Positions 51,880 to 64,000 of a stretch of DNA of 64,000 bases are shown here, piece after piece. The position numbers and the translations under genes are program-made. Numbering within the stretch: position 1 is the first letter of the stretch; every line of letters begins with the position of its first letter. Under the pieces are notes generated by a model. The model was not told the DNA's origin and did no database searches. It worked only from the letters and a program-made list of their open reading frames with translations. Source of the stretch: Octopus sinensis (taxonomy: Eukaryota); the NCBI RefSeq assembly GCF_006345805.1, contig NC_043005.1, forward strand, positions 94,364,001-94,428,000, read 5' to 3'.

Positions 51880-53735
51880 GATTATAACTCTGAGTTTCAT
51901 GTTGCCAATCATTCAGCGACTGAAGTAAGGAAGGAGAGACACAATATAAATATATGTATGTGTATGCATGTGTGCGTGTATGAGTATGTGTGTTATAGAT
52001 ATTTGTTCGATTATAGAAATTCCTCGACAGACATGATTTCCACCGTAAAATCACCATAATAGCTAAATGTATATAATGACTAAAAGTATATGAGTGCAAT
52101 ATTATAGTAATAAAATGCTATTCGGTTTGTTTGTTTTTTGTGTTCGTATGTCAGCTAATATGTCAAAGATTTTTGGTATTTGACAGAACAAAATAGAATG
52201 AATTATGGTACTAATAATCATTCTTTTTGACGAATTTTATAGATATTTGACCAGTTTTTGTTAATGTTAAAACGTTGGTTATGCTTCAAGTTTGGTAAAT
52301 TTTCATATTTTAGATTCTTTCGTATTCTTTGGCATATCAAACGTGAAATCATTAAAATTTCACTCGAACATAAAAAAAAGATAACAAGGTTAAATATCGT
52401 AGTACTTAAACTGTTTTAAAAATAATTCAAAGAACATCATATGGGATATGTGGAATCAAATTTATACATCTCTCTATATATAAAGCTGAAGTATGGCAGG
52501 TTTGGTAGCCTTCAACTAACACCATCTCCTCCGGGACCCTGAGGCGCAAGTTGACCAAAATTGAGAGTATGATAGAAGTAGGCTTGCTTTTCCTTCCGTA
52601 GAAGAAAAAATTCAAATCGGACCATGTTAACACCAAAAATTATTTACATCAAAAAGGTGCTTTTTTTGCTATGAAAATCTTAATTTTTTCTAATTTTTGA
52701 CTGCAGTGTCGCCATTTTTCGGTGTATTTCAACTAGGAAGATGTTCACTTAAAGAGATTAACAAGCTACATAATGCAAAACGTTTACTTTTCAAAAATTC
52801 CAATTCTAAAGGGTCGAAACAAACCCGAGCAACGCCGAGCGATGCTGCTAGTATTAGTATATAACTCTCAAAACATTCCTAAAACTACATCATGTGCCAA
52901 TGCACAAACATCGCCACCACTATGATGAAAACCAACTACAACATCAACATCGTAGTCAGTATTTTGATTTCCCATTTTCATGACAAACGTTGCCGCCACC
53001 ACCATTTGTACCATCACTACAACAACACAACAACAAACAAGCATCACCGCTGTCGCCACCGCCAGCATCTCAACCACCTCTGCTATCAAGACTACTAATA
53101 ACAAAAAGACGTCATCACTGTTGTTACCAGCGCCATCATTTACAGTTATGATTATTTCTTATTTGTATTTTCTTTATATATTTTAAAAATTTATTTACGC
53201 TTTTTTCTTCTTATTTCTCACTTATATTCTCCCTCCCCCACTCATACCCTCCTGTTGCTTGTTCTCGTACATTTTCTTTCGTTCTCTCCTTATGCACTTC
53301 TCTCTCTCTCACACACGCTCTCCCTTTTTCCTTCTCTCGCTCTCTCTTTTCCTTCTCTCGTTCTCTCATTCTCTTTCACTCGCTCTCTCTTTCTCTCCTT
53401 CTACCATTATCAACGTCACTGATACCACATCCATTATCATGAGAGCTAATAGTCTCTTTGTTACTCTTTGAATCATTTTCTATAGTGTTTCCCAAACCTT
53501 ACATACGAAGGCACAGTCATTATATACATTTAGATATTATGGTCTGTCGAGGAATTTCTATAATCGAACAAATATCTATTACACACACACACACACACAG
53601 ACACACACGCGCGCGCGCGCGCGCACGCACATACACACACACATATGCATACACATACATATATTTATATTGTGTCTCTCCTTCCTTACTTCAGTCGCTT
53701 GAATGATTGGCAACACGAAACTCAGAATTACAATC
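51880..53735. repeat. Inverted pair of ~200-bp repeats (51880-52081 / 53515-53735), possible long-TIR non-autonomous element
   Basis: The ORF track shows matching peptides on opposite strands (..YIYLYCVSPSLLQSL). No TSD identified. Confidence 0.5.
52469..52851 (+). mobile_element. Non-autonomous Helitron
   Basis: A|TCTCTCTATATATAAAG 5' end, imperfect hairpin CCCGAGCAACGCCGAG, and 3' CTAG|T. Same architecture as 12944-13783. Confidence 0.75.
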
Positions 53736-56629
53736 CAGGAAGCTTTAGTTTCTCATATAATACGTGTGTAAATTCAAGCATCGCGGAGCTGATGCTATAA
53801 GCGGTTTCAAATACAAATTAATGTTACCATGTGGCAAAGATGGACCAAACATTCGCCAACGTCCATGCTTTTAAATTTACTTCCTTAAATATGAATTAGT
53901 TACCGACGGTAACTACAACTCCGGAAAAAAAAGAAAATGAAATCTTTACAACCGACAGAATTCGTGATTTGGAAGTGTGAAATGTATTAATTAAAATTTG
54001 CTTGTATGTTTAGTAAAAAAAAATATCAATTATAGGATGCTCTTTCAAAAAGAAAAATAGTCTCAATTATAGAACTTGATTATTTAACTCAATTTACTAT
54101 TTAGCCAGTCAGAATATGAAGAAACTCTTTTGTCTACGCTTATTTCAGGAAACAAATTTCGTAGTAATTGCATCAGATTCATTTTGTGTCATTTCTTTGT
54201 GACATACAACAAGATAATTTAATCATTCTTGTGTCTTTAATCGTTGTACCAAGACATATCTTTAATCATTTTATTTGAGAACATGTCCTCTCAGCTGTAG
54301 TAGATATAGAATTATTCGTATAAAAGCTGGCAAATTGTTCAAATCTCTGATTTTAGGTGGTTACCATTGACTATACTTTCCTTTGTCAGCCAATACAAAA
54401 TTCAAATGCCGGAAATTGAATTATCAAAGAATTAATGTCAATGTCATGGGTATATATTTTCTAAATAGAATTTATCTCTGATGAGGTGCTGCTCTCTTTG
54501 TTGATTACTTTTCAGGCTTGTAACACGTTTGATCAAAATGTTTCTATGTAGAAGTAGGTATTATATTTATGATATACACGTCTGTCTGTGGTGGTTTGGA
54601 GTTGTCGACGAGAATGCACGTTCGCTAATTGATACTTCGGTTTTTTAAAGGACCTTTTGCTTCTGTGGTAAAACAGGTTTTGAGACGAAATGGGACAAAA
54701 TTTTTTTATCATAAAATGTGTCAAACGAATTTTCATATCTCACATCTTTCGAAACATCTTTAGTAATTTCAGCCATCTTCTTCCTATCTGTTGATGATAT
54801 TTTAGCTTATAGTAATGATTTTGATGAATTGTCTATATGCAAAAATAAAGGTTGTCTTAAAGTAATATTTAGTTCAAAGAAAAAAAATCACATTTCCAAT
54901 CATGCTTGATATTCAATTTACCTGGCTTGAAACATCGGTATCTGATTCTAACATTAAAGCGTCTCGCCAATATTTAGGTAGGCCCAAATAATTTTGTTGA
55001 TCGTAGTAATTTGTCGAAAGCAAGCAGCATATACTGTCTACCTAGTTGCACTGAAGTTAAGATGTCACCTAGTATCAATTTGCTTTCAAGCCTTTCTGTT
55101 TTTCTGATATTTATTTCCAAATTGCTGAGAAACTTCGACCTCATTGGTGAATACTAGGCTAGAGTAACAACGTTACTGTAACTCATCTTGTACTTATTAT
55201 ACATTCTACTGTTGTGTCCTACACGATCAGCCTAAAAGAATGTGCTTGACAATGTGATGCTAAAGCTTTCGAAAGAAATCCTCCGAAACGCTGGGCTTCT
55301 TCAGGAGTGCTAGAGTGGCCAAAATCTGGAGTGACTAAATGCTTGGCCACTCATGATTTTTCACAAGCATGTTACTCGCTCCGTCCATGCATACTCCTTT
55401 CTCTACAGATGCATACACTTAGTTACTATCTTGTTAGTGCATCTACGACAGCTGAAGATAGAGTTGAATAGTTTATATCTGCCAAGAAATAAAAATCAAG
55501 AACTTTCTCATTGTCCTCAAGCATTGGTCGATTCAACGAATATTTAATGCAAATAATTCTTTATTCAATGTATCATTATTTATTCGTCAGCAATAACAGG
55601 GGAAAATACTTGTGTTTATTTCTTCAAGTAAATCGTATAACAAAGTTTATTATTATAGAACAAAACTGATTTTGTATACGGTGATTCGGGCAGATATCTG
55701 TAACAGTTTTGTCAAGTAACCTCAGAGGATCGGCATCATATTTCCCTACGCTATATAAGTTAATGAATTCTTCAACAATTCTGTGCATGGCTTTTACGTT
55801 GATACTAAGGGAAGTTCAAATACTCGATTATTTTTTTATATGCATTTACTATTTGTTTGCATATGTTTTCTGGCAGCTTCATCTGATCATTCTTTAAAGT
55901 TATTACATTTAGGAATCAGCATTTTCAGTTGAACAACAGAGTTGAGATATTCGGGGAGCTAATGTACATCAAAACACTGACGAGCATTTTTTAGAATTAT
56001 AAAATCCTTCCATTAGAAACACCTTTTTTTTTAAATCTCTAATACGCTGCAATTTGGGATTTTGTTATATTTCACACAGAAAAATAATTTGCATAATCGC
56101 AGATCTAGTCATAATGAATAAAGTCAAAAGCAGCGAACCAAATTGATTGAAAAGAACGTTTTAAGTCGCCACTTGGGAAAATTGAGATTCATCGGTTAAT
56201 GTGGGCGAGTAATTTAATCAAACAATTCCTTGTTTGATTATATTCATGTTGAATATGAAACTATTAGAACAGGGACGACTTTACCAGAGTTTTACGATTG
56301 CAGTTGGTGTCAGTAATGAAGGAGCGTATGTACAGATTGGTTTGGGCCGAAAAAAAATAGCATCGTTTGTTGCTTGCTATCGTTGGATACATCTGAAATT
56401 GTTTTATAATGTTATTATTTTTCTTGTGGGTATTTGACATTTTGATTAATTACTAGCTTGCATGTTAATGATTTCTGGCCGCTCAGACTTATAACAAATA
56501 TCATGTATGAACACTTACGTATCAGATTTTGGAGTCTATTTAGAATAAACAACTGGTTAATAACTCGGTGTTTCTATACATGTGACAGTCATATTCTCCT
56601 TGGTTCTTCATAACAAATATCACGTGATC

Positions 56630-56816
56630 ACGTGACCGACCAGACCATCAGATGTTGCTACACATCGCAGGGATCGCCACTACCCCCTGCCGGAGCCTCG
56701 TGGAGCTTTTAGGTGTTTTCGCTCAATAAACACACTCAACGCCCGGTCTGGGAATCGAAACCACGATCCTACGATCGCGAGTCCGCTGCCCTAACCACTG
56801 GGCCATTGCGCCTCCC
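56630..56816 (-). mobile_element. tRNA-derived SINE
   Basis: Reverse complement GGAGGCGCAATGGCCCAGTGGTTAGGGCAGCGGACTCGCG..GGTTTCGATTCC matches the plus-strand copy at 60347. Confidence 0.8.
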
Positions 56817-57299
56817 ATAAAGTGTGTGTGTGTGTGTGTGTGTGCGTGCGTGTCTTTGTGTCTGTGTTTGTACCCTCACCACCACTTGACAATTGGTGTT
56901 GCTGTGTTTACTTCCCCGTAACTTAGCAATTCGGCAATAGAGACCGATAGAATAAGTACCAGGCTTAACGAGATAATTCGACTAAAAATTCTTTAAGGTG
57001 GTGCCCCAGCATGGCTGCAGTCTAATGACTGAAAAAAAGCAGAAAATATAAACGTTTGTAAGCAACAACTATAAAACAAACTGTATAACACTCTCATCAA
57101 CAGCGGTCGCACTATATCTATGTCACAATGATAATCTCAAATGCCCATACTGCAACACTGAGCCTTATTAGACATTTCAATCACCCAAAAGCACACAATG
57201 GCGACAGGGACATAAAACGAAGAATATACACTTTCTCCCAAAAATGTCAATTCAAAAAAATGTTTAAAGACCCAGAAAACCCAAAACCAGCAAAATCAC

Positions 57300-58340
57300 A
57301 AATGCATCTAAAATGTTAAGGACCCGAAGGATCCCCTGTACACATTAACATCTACGATTTACACGTGTCAACACTTTCAAAACTCCAGAATCTGGAATCT
57401 GGTCAAAATAATAACAACTCTATCAGCCTAGTTGCATAGCTTAAAGAATTTTGGAATTATATCACTAATCCACACATACTCCTCTGCAAATCACATGAAA
57501 AAAAAACTTCCACATGTATTATTCGACATCATCAAAAGTTTTGACTTCATTTTCTCCACTCCATTCATACAAAAATTACTCAATACCACCTTAAAACAAT
57601 AAAAAAACCTTAACAAACCACTTGCCAAACCGACAAACCTAAAAAGTGCACAAAACTTCCCGGTAGAGTACGACAAGAATTCAAACTCTCACTAACTCTC
57701 CTACACAACCTTTCCAAACTCACCAAATTATACTGATAGCCTTATACGTAGTTGATATCACTCTCACATCTTCCTAAAATTCTCCAGACACTGCGGTGCA
57801 ATTACTCCCAGCGTACATAAACTAAACCCAGAAACTCGGCGCCACAGCAACCAACTCAAAGTAGAATCTGTCAGATATATTAATTTTCATCTTACCAACA
57901 ACTCCCGAGGACATCAAATACAATCAAACATCATATGGAAATGCATAACCATATTACACATTCATATATATGAATGCTAGATGCTAGTAGTTGTATGTAA
58001 TTCCTTTACAACATTTAGAACGCATACAGAAAACAACAAGAAAGCAAAACACCATACACAGTCACCAAATCTGGTCCAAAGAAAATAACGAGAATAATGT
58101 CTTACTGACACTAAATTACATCTATTATGGACTATAATACCTCTAAATGGGCCATCAATCAGTCTTCAACATGTCTACTCAGTACTTAAAACAGTGCATT
58201 ACGAATCATGACAGTCGTACATAAACCACACTCACAAACAAATTGCGCTATGAAACGAAAATGATCAAAATGAAAGACACCTAGAAATGCTAGGAGCCAG
58301 TTCTTTTTTGACATAGCACGCGTCAGTCATAACAAGCCTT
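57300..58340 (+). mobile_element. Highly degraded LINE RT (Jockey/I/L2-like)
   Basis: A/C strand bias with eroded motifs VLFDIIKSFD, RVRQEFKLSLTL and LYVVDITL, corresponding to xLDxxKAFD, GVxQGSxLSP and xYADD. Confidence 0.5.
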
Positions 58341-58361
58341 GCCACAATGCACAGAGAAATA

Positions 58362-59598
58362 TTGGGTTGGCTACTAAGTTCCCGCGGTTTTAAAAAAAAA
58401 ATTTGGAATCTATTTTTTTTTCGAGAATTCTATTTTTGAATCATTTTGGAATCTATTTTTTTTTCTAGTTAATTTTAGTTAATTTTTGTTTATTTTCAAA
58501 TCATTAAAATGGAATGTCAAGTTAAGAAAACGAGCATTTTCGACACCTCCTTCTTTTTGCTTTTAATCAAGGTTCTAAGGCCGCAAAAGCTGCTCGCGAC
58601 ATTTGTGCTGTGTATGGAGAGGGTGTCATAGCTGAAAGAACCGCTCGTGATTGGTATGCCAAGTTCAAAAATGGAAATTTTAACCTCAAAGACGCACCTC
58701 GTTCTGGCCGTCAAATTGAGTTCAATGAAGAGCGTTTAAATTAACTTTTGCACGAAAATTCTCGTCAAACGACAAGGGAACTGGCAGAGAAAATGGAATG
58801 CTATAGAGAAACATCTTCACTCGATGGGAAAGGTTCAGAAGTATGGAGCATGGGTTCCGCAGGCTTTAAGTGACAACAAAAATCAACGAGCCACAATCTC
58901 CGCTCGTTTGCTTGCTCATCACTGCTCAACTCAGGGACACAAGCAGCTATTTCTTTACCGAATCGTTACTGGCGACGAAAAATGGTGCCTGTACATCAAT
59001 ATGAAGCAGCGTAAGAAATGGCTTAGCCCCGATAAACAAGCGACACCGCGCGTGAAACAAGATCTTCATCTGTGTAAAATGATGTTGTGCGGGTGGTGGG
59101 ACTGGGAAGGGATTATCCATTACGAATTGCTTGAACGGAACCAAACGATCAACGCGGAACTCTATGTTCAATAGATGGAACGACTCAACACGACTATTCA
59201 AGAGAAAAGACCTAATCATCAGCATGGAGTTCTTCTGCAGCATGACAACGCCCGCCCTCATATCGCCAATATGACCAAGGAAGCCATTCAAACGCATGGC
59301 TGAGAAGTACTGCCATACCCGCCGTACTCTCCTGATTTGGCACCAACGGATTTCCACCTCTTTTGATCTCTTTCAAATGCTATGCGCGGAGTTTCGTTTA
59401 ATACTGATACAGAATTGAGAGCTTGGTTAGATCAATTTTTCGAGTCGAAATCAGGTATTGAAAATCTTGTTGAACGTTGGGAAGAAGTTATAAACAACAA
59501 GGGTGAATACATTATTGATTAATTAGTTGTTGTTTTTTATTAAACCTTTTAAAAACTTTAAATTTTAAAAAACCGCGGGAACTTAGTTGCGAACCCAA
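58362..59598 (+). mobile_element. mariner DNA transposon, both TIRs and TA TSD present
   Basis: TA|TTGGGTTGGCTACTAAGTTCCCGCGGTTTT...AAAACCGCGGGAACTTAGTTGCGAACCCAA|TA, ~1.24 kb. Confidence 0.93.
58509..59522 (+). pseudogene. mariner transposase (DD34D), frameshifts and stops
   Basis: WVPQAL, VTGDEKW, LQHDNARPH and YSPDLAPTDFHLF. Confidence 0.92.
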
Positions 59599-60346
59599 TA
59601 GTTTCAACATCAATAGTTTCATTAAACTCAAACAATTTGTTAGGATGCACACGACCTGTACTAAGTACACAAGAAGAATCACTATCGCGTTCTCGTCGAA
59701 TCTACTTTGGCTGTGGTCACTACCATAATTTACGGGCATTCAGAAATGGACAAGTTAGTGAAGAGAGTATAACATGTCCAGACCGTCAATGTTCACCCCA
59801 TACGAGCAATCACTGCATGTCCAAGCATGAAGCATGGTTGTCAGTTAAATGAATGTATGATACAATTGCGTTTCGTTGATGAACCGAATCTATGCTTGTT
59901 ATAGGCAGACCAGGAGCGACACTGCAAAAACCTAATCTATTCAAATGAAATTAATTTTGCTTTCAGAATAGTGTTTGATATAATAGTGTTTAAACAATTG
60001 CAATTAATTTCACACTTTATATCATTCCAATTAAAATTTCGTTTCAATTAATAAAAAACACACAAAATCTATTAAAGTCTCATGCTACATTGAACAATGT
60101 CTTAAAAACCGCCTTTAGCAACGGTTTTTCATGCTACATATATTAACTGCATCACTGTAATCACCAAACCTGCTAGAATTAGTTATCAAATCTCCCTCAA
60201 ATCATACTTTACTGTTTTAGAAAAGGAAATACATTTGATAATGTCGTCCCAAATACACTATGCCTGAAAAAAGAGAATGACTTTTATTAAAATTTTGCTC
60301 AATTAGGAATAAACTACAAGCACAAAGACGGCAACAGCAGCAGCTG

Positions 60347-60535
60347 TGGAGGCGCAATGGCCCAGTGGTCAGGGCAGCGGACTCGCGGTGTAAGAACGCG
60401 GTTTCGATTCCTAGACCAGGCATTGTGAGTGTTTATTGAGCAAAAACACCTGAGCTCCACGAGGCTCCGGCGTGGGGTGAGCCCCGCTGTACTCTTTCAC
60501 CACAACTTTCTCTCACTCTTTCTTCCTACTTCTGC
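60347..60535 (+). mobile_element. tRNA-derived SINE
   Basis: GGCGCAATGGCCCAGTGGTCAGGG (A box) and GGTTTCGATTCC (B box). Confidence 0.8.
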
Positions 60536-61006
60536 CACAAAGCAGAGGAACCATGGTGTAACCCACTATGGCGTGGTAAACTTTCAGACCCTAGTCTAGA
60601 TTGCGAATCCTCTGTACCCCAGGATGGTTCAGCTCTCCACCCGTTAAAAGCCACCGTTTACAGAATGAGGATAACAACATAGCTTTTGCGCCCGTACAAT
60701 CGCCAGTCTATCGAGTGTGGTGGGTGGATCTTCAAGTTGCCACACGCATTCTTAGAAGCTTAGAGTAGTCTCGAATTAGAGATTATTCTTTGTGGCTAAT
60801 GGCGTGAGTCCTGAGTGGAAGAAGAAGAAGAAGAAGAAGAAGAAGAAGAAGAAGAAGAAGAAGAAGACAGCAGCAGCTTTCAGTGCCGAGCAACTTGTGT
60901 GGTCGCTTTTGCCTGCTGAAAATAACAGCCAAATCTCCTTTAAATCATACCCCGCGCACTTAAAAATAGAAAAACTAGTTTTCATAATATACCCTTAAAT
61001 ATACAA

Positions 61007-61207
61007 TACTCTTTACTCTTTTACTTGTTTCAGTCATTTGACTGCGGCCATGCTGGAGCACCGCCTTTAGTCGAGCAAATCGACCCCGGGACTTATTCTT
61101 TGTAAGCCCAGTACTTATTCTATCGGTCTCTTTTGCCGAACCGCTAAGTGACGGGGACGTAAACACACCAGCATCGGTTGTCAAGCAATGCTAGGGGGAC
61201 AAACACA

Positions 61208-61293
<86 letters not shown>

Positions 61294-61438
61294 TATATAC
61301 GACAGGCTTCTTTCAGTTTCCGTCTACCAAATCCACTCACAAGGCATTGGTCGGCCCGGGGCTATAGCAGAAGACACTTGCCCAAGATGCCAAGCAGTGG
61401 GACTGAACCCGGAACCATGTGGCTGGTTAGCAAGCTAC
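61007..61438 (-). mobile_element. Well-preserved tRNA-derived SINE whose first ~25 nt (A box) are missing because of a Tx1-type insertion
   Basis: Reverse complement starts GTAGCTTGCTAACCAGCCACATGGTTCCGGGTTCAGTCCC, then body, (TG)n and tail. Confidence 0.85.
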
Positions 61439-63677
61439 TTTATTTCAAAACATTTGCCATAAAGGCAGTACACAGATTAAGTTAGCTTTGCGGGCTGGAC
61501 GAGGACATTAATGAGGTGAATGATAATGAAAGAAGGATGATAAGGATGGGAGAAGACAAAAAGCGCCCGCCGACTTTTGCTTCTCTAAAACATTGTTCTT
61601 TTTAAGGATAAACACAAAACGAGGTATTAAACCTCTTACAATTTTTCCAATTTTTGGACTTAGCAGTCCATTATTAATACAAAACGAGGTATTAATCCTC
61701 TTACAATTTTTCAATTTTTGGACTTAAGTCCATTACTAATAATACATATCGTCCTCGAAATAGCTTGTGCCCGCGCCCTCCACCATCAACCACGCCTCCC
61801 TCAGAACGTAATCAAGTTCCGAGTTCGCGTCGCCCGGGACCAAGTTATAATCTTCATTGAACTCCTTTAGCCCAAGCGTCACGTCGAACGCCACGGCCTC
61901 CACAGCTACCTGTGGAGGCCATTCGGGGTCCTGTGTGAAGGCTAAAGGTGCTCCCTTGTAGTGCTCTTCCATCACTTTTTCAATTTCTCCTCCTCTATAG
62001 AAGAGGACCAATACGTTCAGTTCTTTCGTTGGCGGCACAGTTCCCGCCAACGGTATTCCTTCTCTTGTCGGTGGCACAACCCCAACCGACGTAGTTCCGG
62101 GACATTCCGGTGCTACACTGACAGCCGGTAATGTCCCGTTTTTCTTCCTCTTTTTCTTTTTTTTCCCTTTTCAACTGAGGGAGGGTGCGTCTCCTCCGTG
62201 GCTGGAAGATTCGCCTTCCTCTCCTCATCCCTATTATCCTTTGGTGAGCACCCATTGTTGCTCACCTTCCTCTTTCGGCCTCTGTTTGAGGAGTCCTCTG
62301 CTTTCTCGGCCGTTATCGTTCCCTCTTCTAGAGGGGTTTTACTTAACTGTTCCGGGATCCTATTTTGTTCCCGAGGACAGTTCTTCTTTATGTGGCCGGA
62401 CTCCAAGCACCGATGACACTTAGGGGGGGGGGGCGACCTTCAAGCATCACCGGGTACCTGCACCCGGCCATTTTCAAAAAATCTGGAAGAACCAGATTGG
62501 CTGATTGGGTCCACAGGGTCAAAATTGCTTTTGACCCAACCCAAGCAGCCGCAGGAAGAACTTTTACATTGAGGAGCTTAGTTTCGCTGTCACCCAGACC
62601 CCGGCGGATAGTCTCCTCTATCCACTCGGGTTCTATGTCGGGTGGCAATCCGCAGATCCAAGCTTTCATCAATTTCTTTTTTTTGTACGTGGGCAGGAAT
62701 AAGATTTCCTTACCCTCCAGGAGTTTGCTAGCAAATTTGCAAGCCTCTTCAGGGGTGTCAAATAGCAACCACACCGTTGCATATTTGACACCCCTGGAAA
62801 TGAATTTAATTGTTGGCAAATACTCTTCCAACTCCTCCTCAATTGCCGTCTTTTCGAATAGGGCGATGGTGTCGAGTGCCTTGGAGTAGGTTCTCAACAC
62901 CACCGTCCTATCTTCACGGTCTTTTAACCACTTTTTAGGTGGTATGATTTCCCACTCCAAAATTTTGTTATTTTTCATTGCCATGTTTTTTTTTTTAAAT
63001 ATATTCAAATTAAACTAAAAAAGCAGGAAGAAAAAAGTTCAAAAGTCCAAATAAAATTTGATAGATTTTTGAAAAAACAAAAAAGGAGAAAGCACAACAG
63101 AAGGGAAGAAATCAACGGAAAGTCGCAATAAAGAAAAAAAACAAAAGGGGGGGGGTTAAGTGAAGTTCAAAAGAAAGTTAATAAACAGAAAAAACACAGC
63201 AAAAATATTCTGGCCTTGCGGTACTCCCGGCCTGGGTTGAACCTGGAACGCCGCAACTGCAACACAACCTCCACAAAAATGGGTCCGAAAGGTAATCCAA
63301 TAGTGGCTTATTTTTATAATTTTCTTGCGAAGTAGTAGTTTTCACAATTCATAAAAGTTCTTCACAGCACAATACAATTCTCACAATTACGTGAGAAAAC
63401 TATTTACTCAATTTATCGAGGACAGATACGCCCCGCCAAAATTTTCTCAGCGAGAAAAATATACTTTCCACATGTCGGCAGAATCAGAATTCTGAATCCA
63501 GTAGGACTTCCTGCCTGTAAAAAACAATTCTCAACAAAAACTCCCACTGGACCCAGAAAACAGAATCTTACCTTACATGGGGCTTCCAAAGTTTTCAATT
63601 TAAGACGGCTTCAATAGCACGTCTTCACCGCTTCAGTGCCAAACACAACACTGACTCGCACATGCGCAGAAGCAACC
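61439..63677 (-). mobile_element. ORF1-only Tx1-derived retroelement (copy D) bounded by a direct repeat GTTAGCAAGCTAC
   Basis: Long 5' UTR, frameshifted ORF1, no ORF2, and a 3' UTR with the TCTGTGT..GCC..TGGC..AATAAA motif of copies A and B. Direct repeats at 61426-61438 and 63678-63690. Confidence 0.8.
61736..62984 (-). pseudogene. Tx1-type ORF1 with CCHC knuckle, frameshifted
   Basis: RGVKYATV, LPPDIE..W, VMLEGRPP and CHRCLESGHIKKNCP across a frameshift. These align with ORF1 of copies B and C. Confidence 0.78.
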
Positions 63678-63690
63678 GTTAGCAAGCTAC

Positions 63691-64000
63691 TTTATTTTAT
63701 ATAATTTGCCACTAGGGCAGCACACAGAGTAGTAGCTACGGGCTGGACAAGGACATTAATGGATGATGGTGGTGGTGGATGAAGATGGTGATGGGAGAAG
63801 CCGAAAGCGCCCGCCGACTTTCGCTTCTCTAAAACAATGTTTCAATAAATACATTTAATAAAATGTTCACAATGATTTAAATTACATAAAAATGTTCAAC
63901 AATTCTTCTCGTCAGGTCCCCGAAGCAAATTGTCTTGACGCCTGCAGACAACTCTGCGACGACAAGTCGGGGCCTGCAAAGAGAAAAGTAAAGTCTTTCT
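63691..64000 (-). mobile_element. 3' end of another copy (E) related to element D, running out of the window
   Basis: 63691-63845 is a diverged direct repeat of 61439-61600 (3' UTR). Confidence 0.75.

Noticed and set aside
54720-55200. Short open stretches that might be host-gene exons
   Set aside because: No recognisable protein similarity and only weak splice signals.
55255-55315. CTGAAGA...GAAAGCTT on the minus strand as a hammerhead
   Set aside because: Stem II and stem I do not pair.
56740-56816. tRNA genes at tRNA-like A/B-box sequences (also 34840-34910 and 60347-60420)
   Set aside because: There is no complete cloverleaf or acceptor stem, and each continues into a shared SINE body.

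Overview
A eukaryotic, AT-rich window crowded with microsatellites and transposons. I found no convincing host gene, rRNA, tRNA gene or CRISPR array. The tRNA-derived SINE types and repeat landscape suggest a cephalopod (Octopus-like) genome, which is an inference. Contents: (1) Tx1/L1-clade non-LTR retrotransposons. These are a 5'-truncated copy (4.7-6.6 kb) and a full-length frameshifted copy (21.4-27.5 kb) of one family, both embedded in (TATC)n; a second family on the minus strand (45.4-50.7 kb); and an ORF1-only derivative (61.4-63.7 kb) inserted with a target duplication into a SINE head, next to the 3' end of a related copy. (2) An R4/Dong-like element in (TAA)n, RTE and CR1/L2/Jockey-type remnants, a Tc1 relic, a TIR-complete mariner and two non-autonomous Helitrons. 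(3) Penelope-like elements (PLEs): a Neptune-like copy with inverted pseudo-LTRs, a divergent Naiad-like ORF, and several non-coding derivatives. The main signal not shown by the ORF track is about 15 hammerhead-ribozyme motifs in roughly eight unrelated repeat families. They include a tandem ~505-bp unit with a textbook type I hammerhead (retrozyme-like), a family with an expanded stem II, and core variants with U3-A8 and G3-C8 in place of the C3-G8 pair. All coordinates and pairings were read by eye, and family names are not database-verified.
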